Source: Daphnia carinata
Taxonomy: Eukaryota
Length of the DNA: 64,000 nucleotides
Assembly: GCF_022539665.2 (NCBI RefSeq)
Contig: NC_081331.1
Coordinates: 5,208,001 to 5,272,000, forward strand
Reading direction: 5' to 3'
Both the position numbers and the translations under genes were made by a program. Numbering within the stretch: the stretch's first letter is position 1; each line of letters begins with the position of its first letter. Shown here one piece after another: positions 42,001 to 54,677 of the stretch. The notes under the pieces are model-generated. The model did no database searches and was not told the DNA's origin. It saw only the letters and a list, made by a program, of their open reading frames with translations.

Positions 42001-43419
42001 GTTTTGTAGGTTCAACCGCTCGTAAACTTCATTCAACTGCCGTTGGACGAACATCATCCAACGAAGACGAGAATGTAAATTTGTACTTAACTCTTCCTTC
42101 GCACGGCTGCAACGACTCCGAATATCGCGAAGTTTCTCGTCATTTTTTAACATAACCTACATATTGACATGTAACGGTATATGGTAGTCTACTACAATGC
42201 CAAATAAATGCTCAATTAGCAATATACACCAACCTTCAGCTGATGACGATGGGATGTACACAATTCAGGTAGAACGGAAGCATCATTGAAGTTCCGGGCT
42301 CTTTGTTGGTTCTGTAAAAGAGCTTGAGCGATATCACCCTGTTCCTGTACTTTTTTTCTAGCTTCAACCAACAGCTGTTCAAGACCATAAAGCCTCTCTC
42401 CTAATCCTCCTATTTCTTTCATTTCTGGTCTTTCGGCAGCAAATAAAGCACTTTCTATGTGTTTTTCGAGAGCCTGCAGTAACTGGTGGTCCATTTGTTC
42501 AAGCGCTTTCATGCAACTATCGGCAACGACATTGAGGTTTGTGTCTTCATCGTCTGTAGAATGTACCCAGTCAAGCAGTTGCATTTCCTGAGGTTGGTTG
42601 AGCAAACATGGCAAAACTGGTATATCAGCCAATGCACTGAGGTCTTCCCCAAAATGACTAAAACATAAATCAAAGTTTAGCACGAAATATTTTATATAGT
42701 GATTGCTCATACGACATACACACCTAAGGATATCCAGGTTCTCTTCACGGCTATTAAGGTAATGTTGGTATGTCCTTAAAAAAAATGACATGGTTACAGT
42801 GTGTTCTATTGCCATCAATGTGCAAAGCAATATTTTATACTGTTCAAATAGTTGTGTCCTTCCTTTAAAGTCAGCCACAACATCTTCAAGATTGGCCACA
42901 ACAGCAGACCACCCTTGTTGTTGCATATGCTGATCATGGACTAGCTGTTCACATACTCTTGTAATTTCTCTTGCAGTTTCATGGAGTTGTTGTGCCAATT
43001 GAGCACGAGTAACTACAGTTTGATAAGTTGTTTCCTTGTCATTCAGACATGCTTCAGCTTTTTGCCTTAAATCATGGGCTATACAGAAAAATATTTACAG
43101 CTATTATTGTGCTGAAAAAATTAGAGGTTAAATGAAAAATACCAGAGCCAAAATCCATACTGGGTGAAGGTGGGACGGCACTGTCAATAGTTGACTTACA
43201 AAATAGAAATATAGGGTTGGTATCAGTGCCAGCCGAATAACTGCAAACGCGATATGACGGATCTAAGCTCTGTCCTCCGCTGATGAGCAAAACCTGTTTG
43301 TCTGGTGCAATTTTTGAGGCTTTGTAGACGACTTCTTTAAGATTAGCTACCGTCTCCAAAGCTAAATTCATATCAAACGTTAGCGTAGTTCCTGTATCTA
43401 CTAAGAATACGTATAGCAT
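39044..43419 (-). CDS. RB1CC1: RB1-inducible coiled-coil protein 1 / FIP200 (Atg17), multi-exon
   Basis: N-terminus MLYVFLVDTGTTLTFDMNLA..DTNPIFLF; HDQHMQQQGWSAVVANLED; MKEIGGLGERLYGLEQL; AKEELSTNLHSRLRW; VEIVRRKHF; long coiled coil; C-terminal claw-like region GDAVVVQWDERY..LHFLHADS..REFCLVRK spliced to last exon 39121-39044 (EENRYNLPKGTNFYRVKVDRVNNAA*). Internal exon boundaries not all resolved. Confidence 0.94.
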
Positions 43420-44230
43420 TTTTAAAAATTAATGATTAAAAATGTGACACAAAGTAAAATGGTTGGTACGCCAACGACTACGATCTGGACTAAAACGTCG
43501 TTGCAAAATCTAAAGCAAACAAAGGTTTGTTGTTGCCAGGCTCTCAGCTGATTCGCGACTGCCGCGCCATCTTCAAACGTTATTAGAAGTGTTCTTTGTA
43601 GACGGTGCTAGAGACCACTTCCAGCACAAAACTTTTGGAAATTCATTATGCGTGCGTATGTATCTATATGAAACATTTATAATTAGAAGAAATTGTGTTA
43701 CGTTTGATTAATCAGCATCTTTCTACGGCCTGCTGTATAACGCAATCACATCATCATTTTTTGAGATTCTTGCGTCTGAGATAGCATGAAAAAGATACAA
43801 CAAGATAAGCGTAAAGAAATTTTATGTAAAAATGCACTACGATTAAAAACCGATCTGATACGGCAAAAGCCAAATAAACGGGGAAAAAGAGTAGATACAA
43901 CATATTTTTAGTTCGGCGTCCAACGTCATGCTGAAGATGAGGTGGTCACAAATGCTAACGTACGCATAGCAAACAAACGATATTTAGGCAGGTCTAGAAG
44001 AACGTATCACTATATTGAAAAATAAATACGCAAAATGTGTCCAACCCATTTGAATGCAGCGTTATTGCATGCTTTCCGTATAGTACATTGATAAAATTGG
44101 AAATTGAAACAAAACTGATGCTGAAAGGTGTATTTTAAATTATGAACAGAATAGCATGTTTCAGTACAGTACTTTCTGAATTTTAAAAAGTAAATAATGT
44201 GGTACAATGATAGCTTTGGATTTTAAAAAG

Positions 44231-44930
44231 TTAAGCATTGGGGCATTGGGCAATTGTGCCGGTCTTTGAGCAAGTTGGTGTAGAGGTGGATGTGGTGACA
44301 GTGAAGACAGTGGAGGTCTTAGTCACGGTCAAAGCGGATTGAATTTGGGTGAAGAAAAGACGTTCGTCAGAAACAGGTTGGCCGTGCGAGCCAAAATAAG
44401 GTACAACAACTGGATGGTAGTTGAAGGCCCCGCTACGGAAAGCAGATTGGGGTTGATAGGCGAGTGATGGAGCCATGGCCAACAACTGGGGATCAGCAGC
44501 GCGAGCATCTCGGGTTGACACCTGAGTAGCCTCAACACTGTAACGAAACCAGAATAGTGCATTGATAAATTGTTAACATAAGCAAGGGATAATTAAATTT
44601 TTTATTGAACGATCAATTGGAACGTAGTTCTTACCCTTCAACAGCTGAGGGCACGATGGGGAACTGTTCGTCTTCGTCTCCGTCATACTGGATACCTCGG
44701 CGCCTGCGACAAGCTGTAGCAGTAGATTTGGTGCAGGTAGCTGTTGAAGTTGAGGTCACTGTTGTGGTAGTGGTGGGTAAGAAAAGTCGTGGATCGTCTG
44801 GGTTAAGCAAATCTGCGCTATCGCCATAGAAAGGAGCTTGGTAAGGACTGCGGAAAACTACGTACTGGGGCTGGTTCTGGGCTGCTACGCAAGCCAAAAG
44901 AACAGCGAAAACAGACAGTGTAAAACGCAT
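44231..44930 (-). CDS. 'ADPQ' family paralog D (~200 aa, 2 exons)
   Basis: Exons 44930-44635 and 44537-44231 (603 nt). Signal ending VAA|Q; DPRLF-Thr run-CTKSTATAC-RRRRG; RDAR-AADPQ; DERLFF-Thr run-CSKTGTIAQC. TATA 45032-45039. Confidence 0.9.
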
Positions 44931-45842
44931 TTTGAATTTAAGAAATGTTAGCTGGACTGCAACAAAGTTTGTTTTCGGCTGTGCAATGGCTGGCAGAACA
45001 CTGTTGAAATCCTTACCCATAGACTGCCATATTTATATAGTCAGGGACCAGCTGAATGTTGGAAGAAAAAAGGGCGTGATTTCCAAACACAGCTGTATAA
45101 TGGCTGAGCCAAGTCTACGGTCTCCTCATCCTAGACAGTTTACACACACGTTCGTAAAAAAGAGCTATAGTCTAGAGGTTTATCTGAGTGGCATTGAACG
45201 AAAATAGAAACTATCAGAATTAGGAACCTAGCTAATAATTCAGTTACCATATTGGGACTATGGTAGGATTCAAAGCGCACGAGTTCAATAACACGTAATC
45301 ATGATGTTCCACGTCACAATAGCATCCCGGTTTCTCGTTTACTGGCATTTAATTCTATGGTGTTTGTGCCACGTTGGATTTTTGTAAAATATTCGCCAAC
45401 AAATACAGTTACCTTTGAAAACTAAAAAATTCATATGGCTGTGACAAAACTATGGGTGACAATCATTTGCATGTCTCCTGTTTTTTTCTATTGCCCTGCA
45501 ACTGGTATTTTATGGACAGTACCTTTATCACGAGGCTTTTTATCGCTGCTACCCTTGGTTTTATATTTCGAGGCAACGTTACCTTGAACCGAGAGGTAAG
45601 CCAACTTTGGCATAGCCAGTTTTAGCCCATATTAGAGCAAGAAAAAGGTGAACGAACTGGTCAAATCTTTTGCCTTCATACTATATAAAGTATGATAGTA
45701 TATTAAACATGGAAAATGGACGAAATTGATGCTGTAAGGTGTATATTAAATTACGAAACAGAACATCATATTCTAATACATTATTGTGTGTTGATCCTAA
45801 AATATTGATAGGGTCACAACGACCAGCTTTCGAGTAAACAAG

Positions 45843-46542
45843 TTATGCATTTGGGCACTGGGCAATTGTGCCGGCTACTGAGCAAGTTGGTACAGAGGTG
45901 GATGTGGTGACAGTGAAGACAGTTGAAGTGGTTGTCACGGTGAAGGCCGACTGAATTTGAGTGAAGAAAAGACGTTGGCCAGCAACAGGCTGCGCGTGTG
46001 AGCCGTAAAAAGGTACAGCAACTGGACGGTAGTTGAACGGACCACTTTGAGAACCAGACTGAAGTTGGTATGCATATTGTGGAGCCACGAACAACAACTG
46101 CGGATCAGCAGCGCGGACATCACGGCTTGCTACTTGGGTGGGCTCAACTCTGTAATAATTTCAAAAAATTGATTTGTTGATCCCAACAGAAAAGAATTAC
46201 ATTTATTCAAGTCTAGGAAATGATGAATTAGCATTTAAAGTTGGTTCATTACGTTTCAACGGCAGTCGGAACAATGGGAAATTGTTCTTCTTCGTCTCCG
46301 TCATACAGGACGCCTCGGCGTTTGCGACAAGCTGTAGCAATAGATTGGGTGCAGGTAGTTGTTGAAGTTGAGGTGAATGTCACGGTAGTGGTTGGTCGAA
46401 AAAGTCGGGGATCTTCAGGAACAAAGACGTTCTCCCCGTAATACGGAACCTGATAAGGATTACGATAAGCAAGGAATTGAGGCTGATCCTGAGCGGCTAC
46501 GCAAGCCAACAAGACAGCGAGTACTGATAGAACTAAACGCAT
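45843..46542 (-). CDS. 'ADPQ' family paralog E (~198 aa, 2 exons), closest to D
   Basis: Exons 46542-46253 and 46149-45843 (597 nt). CTQSIATAC-RKRRG; RDVR-AADPQ; CSVAGTIAQC. Confidence 0.9.
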
Positions 46543-48104
46543 TTTAATTAGAAAGAAAAAGGCTAATAAGCTCGACTGCAGCGAGATGGATTTAAAGGTA
46601 GCTTAGCGATCGACAGAACACTGTAGAAATTCTAGCAGCCAACTGCCATATTTATATGGTTTTGGAGCTATGCAGAGGAATACGGAGCGTCATTATTACA
46701 TGTGTAACACATAGGCGAAACGAAAATTATGACTTTTACGGCCGTACTCATCCCCCGTCATTTTTTCGTGGTCGAAAAAAAAAACAAAAAAAGTAATTAT
46801 TCGAACAAAAAAGGCTAATATTTTAACGAAAGAAAGCAGGAAGAGATAACGCCAGGCGTTCTGTTCCATATTGTATGCCATGTACGGTTAAAATCCGCCT
46901 TCCCCGCCGCACGTCGTGAGGCCATAAAATTTTATTGGCCTGTAAGAATAAGGTTGAAGGCTGGAAGCCTACGGCTATTGGCCTGAACGAAGTAACCATT
47001 TAGTGTTACATCTGTGTGAACGCTTGCTTGTTAACAGTGCTGATTCAAGGCCAAAACGTTCGAGAGAAAGCGAAATTGTATGTCGTCTCCCGCATTTCGT
47101 TAACAATGAATTGGTTGTTTAATAAAGGCCTCTTCTTTTTAGTTATAGTATTACGTAATCTTAAATGCGGAAGGCGGTGAGTTTACACCTTTGCAAGTTC
47201 GACTTTTTACAGATATTGGCGAATAACTTTAGCGGTATATACGAGTTTTCTTACTAGTATACAATCCATTTCTATGCGCATTTACCACAAAGAGAATGTT
47301 TAACATAATACAAAAAAGGATTTCATACTTCATTTGGCTTTTTGGTTTATCCTGAATAAGTATTAACTTCAGATAAGCTAGATTGAACTGGTCAGTTTTC
47401 CCAATTAATTTTTCCCCTCTCTTTCCTTAACGGAGAGCTTTTTCAGGCCATAAAAGGAGGGCTATGCTAATAGAAACAACTTAGAAAAAACTTGATGCGC
47501 AATATCATAAGCTGATGTAGAAAACGTAACATAACTTAATAATGGGATTGGGGAGATGACTTCAAATAGGGAAACTATTGGCAACCTGTGCTATGTCACA
47601 ACAAAACTTGATTGATAACAGCAATCGACAACGCGCAAGTTAGATGATATCTCGTTTTGTTTTGTACGAATCAACTAGTTGAAAATACAATCGATAAAAG
47701 TCCCCCTAGTGCGTCATCAAACCGGATAAGCTAACCGACAAGATGTGGACCTCCAAGTGGTTGGTTAATAAAACAACCCTAAAAACTATACTACTTGCCT
47801 TGTATAACATCGTAATCGCGTCCCCGTTCGCACCCAATGACTTGGTCCAATAAAATAATGAGCAATAATAGAACTTAGTGTTTTGTTGATTATTTTCAGC
47901 TAAAAGGATGAATGTTCAAAGCAAGTCCATCAACCAGTCGTTCAATCGCGTACTGACTGATTAATTGCATTTAGTTTGACACGCCAAATTCTTAAAACAG
48001 AATACCAGTATAGTGAATAAAAGTAGGTTGACTTAACATTGGTAAATAAACCACCGTTATATTTCCAATTGCGATAAATAAGGCAAACAGATTTATAAAA
48101 ATAA

Positions 48105-48905
48105 TTAAGCGTTCGGGCATTGAGGTAACGGTCCGGCTCTTGAACATCTTGGGGTTTTCGTGACGGTGTTGATTTCGAGAGCCGTTTTCACTGTCACTGT
48201 TGCAGTCAACATCCCGCTGAAAAGCTGACGTTGGCCAGCAACCGGTTGTGGATATGAATCGTAGAACGGCATGGGAATGGGATCGTAAGGTTCGCTGTAG
48301 AAAGCCGACTGAATTTTACGAAGTTGATTTTCATACGCTCTAGGATTCACGAAATACTGCGGGTCGGCCGCACGAGCCTGTCTGGCTGGCAGTGCTGTAG
48401 TTTCAACTCTGTCATTTTCAAAGTAAATTAAGTAACATTGAAACACAAAATTTCAATGGAATATACTTACTGTTGAACAGTAGTAGGAACTACGGGAAAT
48501 TGTTCATCACCGTCTTCTTCTGCCTCGATTCTGAAAAAAAACAAACGACGTTAATGTAAACATAATTTAGTGAGGAACATGTTGCATTAGAATTTACATT
48601 TCAGAATTATCTACTGGTAATCGCAGAAAAGGCATTTGATTTGGACGACAAGCCCTAGCCACAGATTTCGTGCATGTCATGTCAATTGTTGAAGTTGACG
48701 TTGCACGTACGGTGCTCCTTGGAATATTCACCGTCAGTAAGTCTCTTATCGCCCAGAAAAGCTGCTGGCGAGCTTGTGCTTCCGCCTCCTGCTGGGACGG
48801 GTCATTAACATACGGATAGAAACCGTAAGCTCCTGCCGGGCGTCGGAAGGCAGTAATGCTTCCGTAGGCTGCGAAAACAAATAATATAAAGAGCGCTACA
48901 CGCAT
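48105..48905 (-). CDS. 'ADPQ' family paralog F (~223 aa, 3 exons)
   Basis: Exons 48905-48598, 48530-48471, 48408-48105 (672 nt). CTKSVARAC; EEDGDEQFPVVPTTVQ; RQAR-AADPQ; CSRAGPLPQC. Confidence 0.88.
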
Positions 48906-50404
48906 TTTAAACTGAAAAGACGCTCAGCTTATTACTAATGTGAACTGGGAATTTTATTTCACGACTGACCATCTAACCGCTTACCCGCTCAGTTTTATAC
49001 AAGAGCGATGTTATCCCCTCTTCAAACGTGTTTTACATACTTTGTAATTCCGGTTTTCTGTATTATTTCAATTAGTTTCTGGATCGAGATTCCCTAGTTC
49101 GTAACCGGATTCGACGATCAGTCTACGCAGACAGATTCGTACTTGATATTGGTGCTGAGTTCAATGTCTTCTTGTGGCCCTTGTACTCTTTTACATAAAA
49201 GGTAATTGAATTATTATCATAAAATTCAAAATTTCTTATAAAATGAATGTTTGCGGAAATACTATTGACTTGTTCTTGTCTTTTCGTGAGGATTTACAAA
49301 TATGAAGCTATTCTTCATCGACAAGTGACATCGGCAAATCACTTTCTTGCGCTGCACTTTCAAGCAGTGGGAGCTGTTGAATTATTCATTCTATCATATC
49401 ATCCCTCAAATCAAATTATTCTAGATGCATTTCGTCATGAGTCCTAATAAGGGTCAAATGCTTTAAAGCATTATCAGGTTTTAAATTGACTAATGAAGCC
49501 AAGCAGAAAGTATCTGCTGTCAGAAAATGAGTCCTGACCCGATATCAACTTCATCGTTTTTCAAAATTGAATGTAGGTAGGGGAGGCTTCCAGCTGTAAT
49601 TTTTTTTTAATGGAATGGTAACAAACTTCGTGGGTAAGTCATTAAAGAAGAAATGAGGGTCAAAGAACCGATAGTTGCGAAATTTTGCGTGGTGTTTCAA
49701 ATATTCCTGCGTACCTGACCGCTGAAAATAGCTGACATTTGACTGAGGATAGGTTACGTGAAGACAGCTGTCAGTGTGGATTAATGAAATTTCAAGGGGT
49801 GGTTTTGAATTTTAAAAACGCAAAACAAGAAACCCGTTCGTGAAACTGGCTCACAAAAGTACATGAACTTCAAGGCACGTTCTATGAAAAGCTACAATGC
49901 TCATTGAGGATGTCTTGTTTCCCAATTCGTCAGGTCGTTTCTACAGCAACAACAAGTTGCGGAACGCAAGGAAAAACTGGGTTACGCGATCAATATCAAC
50001 TGCTGGGCGATGTTATAAAGTGTGCAAAAGAGAACTAGAAAACGCCAGAAGGCGACCTTAGAATATTTTGCCTGTTTCTAGTTGCTAGCCAACGTGATTC
50101 ATTACCAAACACGGTGGTAGAGAAATTTCTTAACCTACGATGTGGGTTGAAGTACACTTAAATAACACACTTGCCCGGGCAGTCTTCGGTTTTTGGAGCG
50201 GTTAATTATTCACGGGCTGGCTTTACATTTCCTTTCTCGCGAGTGTTTAGCTAAACTTCTTGTATATTATCATAGTAAATTTGATTTAAACGAACTCATT
50301 TGTACAATCAAATATAATGCTACCAGTACAGAAATGCGAAAATCTGAAATACATTAGTCTTGTTGACTCAACGTTAAGTAAATGACTTTACATCTAATGC
50401 CGAG

Positions 50405-51275
50405 TTATTTCCCGTTTGGACACTGAGGGAGCGGGCCGGCAACTGAACACGATGGAGTCACCGTGAAAAAGGCGAAACCGAAGCTAGTTGACACTGTTGT
50501 TGCGGCGAATAAGCTTTGGATAAAGGCTGGCATTTGACGTTGTTGTTGGCCACGAAGTGGGTATCGTCTGTTGAACGGCAGAGACATCTCATAAGGTCCG
50601 CTTTCGAAAGCTGATTGGATATCTTGGGGTTGGTAACGGAATCCCGGAGACATCACGAAGCGTTGCGGATCAGCAGCGCGAGCATCTCGCGTTGGTAATG
50701 GTGTGGTCTCAAGCCTGAAAGATAAATAATTAATGGAAATTGAAAATTACACAGCCAACTATTGATTGATATGGCCATTTACTCTTGGACAGCAGAAGGA
50801 GCTATAAGGAATTGTTCTTGTTCCGCTTCAAAGTCCTCTTCGTCATTCTCTGCGGTGTCGCTGGCATAAACAAAAGGAAAAGTTATGCAACATGAATTTA
50901 ATAATTTAATTAAAGTCCACTAAGTTACCGTTTCTGCTCGGTGGCGACTGCAGGTCGTCCTGGTCTTGCAGGTCGCGCTGGTCTTGCAGGTCGTGCTGGT
51001 TTGCCTCCTGTAGCCCGAACACTGCAACGATTGGCGACCGACATCGTACAAGTAACTGTGGAAGCCAGAATTCTCACTGCCGTTCTAGTTTGCCTTGGAA
51101 AAGACAACAGATATCCACCGACGTTCATGCCAACTGTGCGAAGCCCATCCGGAGTAAAGTCAGGATTCCGGTCAAAATAATCAGGAGAAAGGTCATATGG
51201 CAATTGAGGATCTGCGACGGCATTAACGGCCGCGTAACTTACGAAGAAAACGAGTACAGAAATCGCTAAACGCAT
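50405..51275 (-). CDS. 'ADPQ' family paralog G (~244 aa, 3 exons) with PAR repeats
   Basis: Exons 51275-50929, 50860-50783, 50714-50405 (735 nt). Signal followed by VADPQ; CTMSVANRC; KPARPARPARPARPGRP; RDAR-AADPQ; CSVAGPLPQC. Confidence 0.88.
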
Positions 51276-53286
51276 TTTGTTTGTCAAACTACAAGAGATG
51301 AATAGTTCTTGATCTATTACGAAGCACTGTTGATCACGCAGTATTAGAAATCTGTTTTTATACAAGCCCAAAGTTCCCGCTATTCCTATAAACAAGTTTG
51401 TTTGTTCTTGTTTTTTTACCAACTACTTGCGCACATGCTTTTAATTTTTGTTTGAATTTTGTTGATTTGTCCCAAACGCCACGAGTCCGATTTCTGGACA
51501 TTCATGTATGGAGTCCTCTGACGCAACGCATAAACTGGATTAGCGCTTCCTTGGGTTCAATGCCTTTAGTTGTCCTCGAAAGCTCTGACACATTTACGCC
51601 ACTAATAATTTATTTCTTCGTTATAAATTGTTTTGGGTTACGTGCAAAAGCGCAGGAAGAAAATTTCTTTAGGACGGCCGAAGATATACGCAAAAGATTA
51701 AAGAAAGGCCTTTGGCGTGAGGAGTTTATCTGTTCGTGGTGGCAATAATAAAAGAAACCACATGCTTATTTGCTTGTACCTGTTTACCATAAAGGCTTGC
51801 TGCAGACACATAATTCAAGCGCTTTCTATTCTTGGCCTTGTACGTAGTTTATTGCTTGGCCTTCGGTTCTTAACTACGGAAGACGATGAAGCTCACGTTT
51901 ACATCTCCCAACCCCTGAAACCATGTTGGGATACGCTGCAGTCTACAACAATACGTTTGAATAAAATATCATTCGTCGTTGATTCAAGTTCTTTAACCCG
52001 TATACAAACAAAAGAAATTTGAAGTTGGCCTGTTTTGAATTTTAAGAATCGCCTTGATTGTGAAGATAATCAATTTACATGGTCGGTGTGCTTCATCCTG
52101 TACAAGCTACTAGTAAAATAATATCATTTTTAAAACTTGCCAGAAGATTAACTGTAATTCCTGTCAAATGATTTTCTTTTTTTCGAGCAGCCAGCCGAAA
52201 ATCTAATAACATGGACATTTTTTTTTTCTAGGATAGTCCCGACCTGCCTAATGACTCCCAATTCGTATGCAATTTCGTGGAACGCCTATCCGGGAGGGTC
52301 GACGAACGGTTAGTGTTCACGCTTCCAATGACAAAGACCTCGATGACCTTCATCGTCTCGGCGTTCACCTCTAGACCGTGAGTTTCTCAAAAGAAAAAAA
52401 TAAACTGTTTTTCTTTCGTACACGAAAACGATAAAGAAGTGAACGACCCCCTTTGTTCTTCACGGCTTCGTGAGTACATGTCAAAGGCCTTGAAAAGGTG
52501 ATATAAGGAAACGCATATCCCACTCCCGCGGTGGAACATAAAAAAAAAACAATAATGATTTTTCCCGTGAGCGTGAAAAGGCACTAAACTGTTACTATGC
52601 GTTTGTAGGTCAAAGCACTCGCATGTGTTGCTCCGCTGCTTTGAGCCCTCGAGTTGCATTTACGGAGAAAGTTGATATGGACAATGGTCTTATCAACTAG
52701 CATAAGCCTTTTGTTTAGAATTTGAAGAAACAAAAGTCGATAAGACGGACGACATTGGCGTTGTGTCCAAAATGATTTTTTTCTTGTAATTTTTCCAAAC
52801 TTTTGCGTGCAGATGTTCTAATGCGCGAAAATTTGGGACTTCCCTACATAATGCAACACCCTATTATCACAGCCGTTGTTGGGGAGGTGAACGCTGCAAT
52901 GTAATCCGAACATCATCAAGAAATGTAAACTAGATATTTTGGTTAAATAATAAAAAAATTCAAATCGGACATGTACAACTGTACGCAATCCATATTTTGG
53001 GTAATTTACGTCATTGATGAGGTTTTAAGTTTGCCTTGAAGCGAAGAGCTGCTAGATTTCGAATGGAGAAGAAAAGTATAATTTCGAGGAAAATATCGGG
53101 GTGCGAGTCTCCAAAACACGACTAAAATTGCAACCCATCTCAATTGAAGTTCGTGTTTTCCCCTCTCTTTTTGCCCATGTCAATCAGATGAAATGCCTAT
53201 AAAATGATCAGAAATCATCAAAGGTCTGCAGTCTCTTTCACTGTCTTCGACAAGTCAGTCTCCGATTTATTTTCGATTTAAAGAAA

Positions 53287-53974
53287 ATGCGCTTTTTCGT
53301 TTTCTTTTTGTCCGTTTTGGTTGCCATTATTCAAGGTAATGCGCAATACCAGGCGTATTACCGCGATGCTTTGTATCCATATCCGTATCCGGATCATCAG
53401 GTTCCTGTTATCCCGTCCCCTGATCAGGAAAATCGGATCTTCTTCAACCAGATTTTTAATGCCATCACTTCTTTCTACACGTCGACGACAACGACGACAT
53501 CCACTTCCACAACCACCTGTACCGTGTCGACTAACTTTGTTTGCCCTGGCCGTCGCAAGAGATTCATAGTAGGAGAGCATGACGACGTCATTGAACCTTC
53601 GCTAGTAAACGAGTATGTAACCATTGTTCTTCTTTGATACTGTACATCTGACAGGTATGACGTACTTATCCGTGTTTTCTAGAGTTGAAACTACTCAAGC
53701 TGCCGATATGGAAACACTTGTCAGGACCGAACGCAAAGCTGACCCTCAATTTCTATTTTGGCGTGTCGATTCTGAGTACCCTGGTTACGAACTCCAATCG
53801 ACATTTGGCCCAGGTCCTTACCCTGCGAACTATTATCCTTACATGCGCCCGCCGGTCGTGGCAGCTGATTCGCGTTTGTTTATTCTTCGAGTCACGACAG
53901 TGACCAGCAGTACGACTACCACGTCTAGGTCGACGCCAGGTTGTTCTTCAGCAAGTAATTTCAATCAGTGCTAA
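53287..53974 (+). CDS. 'ADPQ' family paralog H (~205 aa, 2 exons)
   Basis: Exons 53287-53612 and 53683-53974 (618 nt). GNA|QY; CTVSTNFVC-PGRRKR; RTER-KADPQ; CSSASNFNQC*. TATA 53198-53204. Confidence 0.9.
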
Positions 53975-54677
53975 GCCACAGTTGTCATCCCCATTTCGAC
54001 CCCGATTTAATTAACGGAGAAACAAAAATGCGAACGGAAGTTGTTAAATTTTGAAAATTCAATAAAAAAAAAATATATACGGCCATTAAGAAAGTTGCAC
54101 TCTTTATTGGGAGGTTCAAAAAACTCACAAGGTTGCAAAGAAAAAGGGCTTAATGGGGATATTTAGTTACAATAAGCAAAGGACTTTGGTATTATATTCC
54201 AGGAAGGATGTTATTTCCCGTACGTCTCATGGGTAACATGCTATCAACAAATACGCATTTCCTTCGGTTTCCTTAAAAAATTCAAAAAAAAGGTAATTGC
54301 GTGTCCAGCACTGTTACCTATTAAATAGAGTAAGTGTTCAGGTGTTGGAATTTCCCAGCTTTTGGTCCTCCGGCTATGTCGATGTATTTACCGACGAGTA
54401 GAATGTCGTTTAGTTGGCGAATGCGGCAGAAAAGGCAAATACAAAAAATGAAATAAAACGCCTGAGGCATACGTATAAAAGCCGTTTAGTTTGTTATCGC
54501 AAAGTACGTTACTTGAACCAAACGAAAAAGGGATGGCAATCAACCTCATGCTGCTATTTCTCTCAGCCGTATCATCTGCAGTATATAAACTTGACTGGAC
54601 TGCACTACAATTCTGCAGTTGCTATCGTCGATTTTGGCAAGCATATTCTCGAAACATTTGGGCAAAGAAAAATCAAA

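Noticed and set aside
13390..54677. N-terminal extensions in the ORF track for paralogs B, C, D, G and I
   Set aside because: They run into the 5'UTR or through TATA/initiator elements; the downstream ATG (AAAATG context) gives the family-conserved signal peptide.
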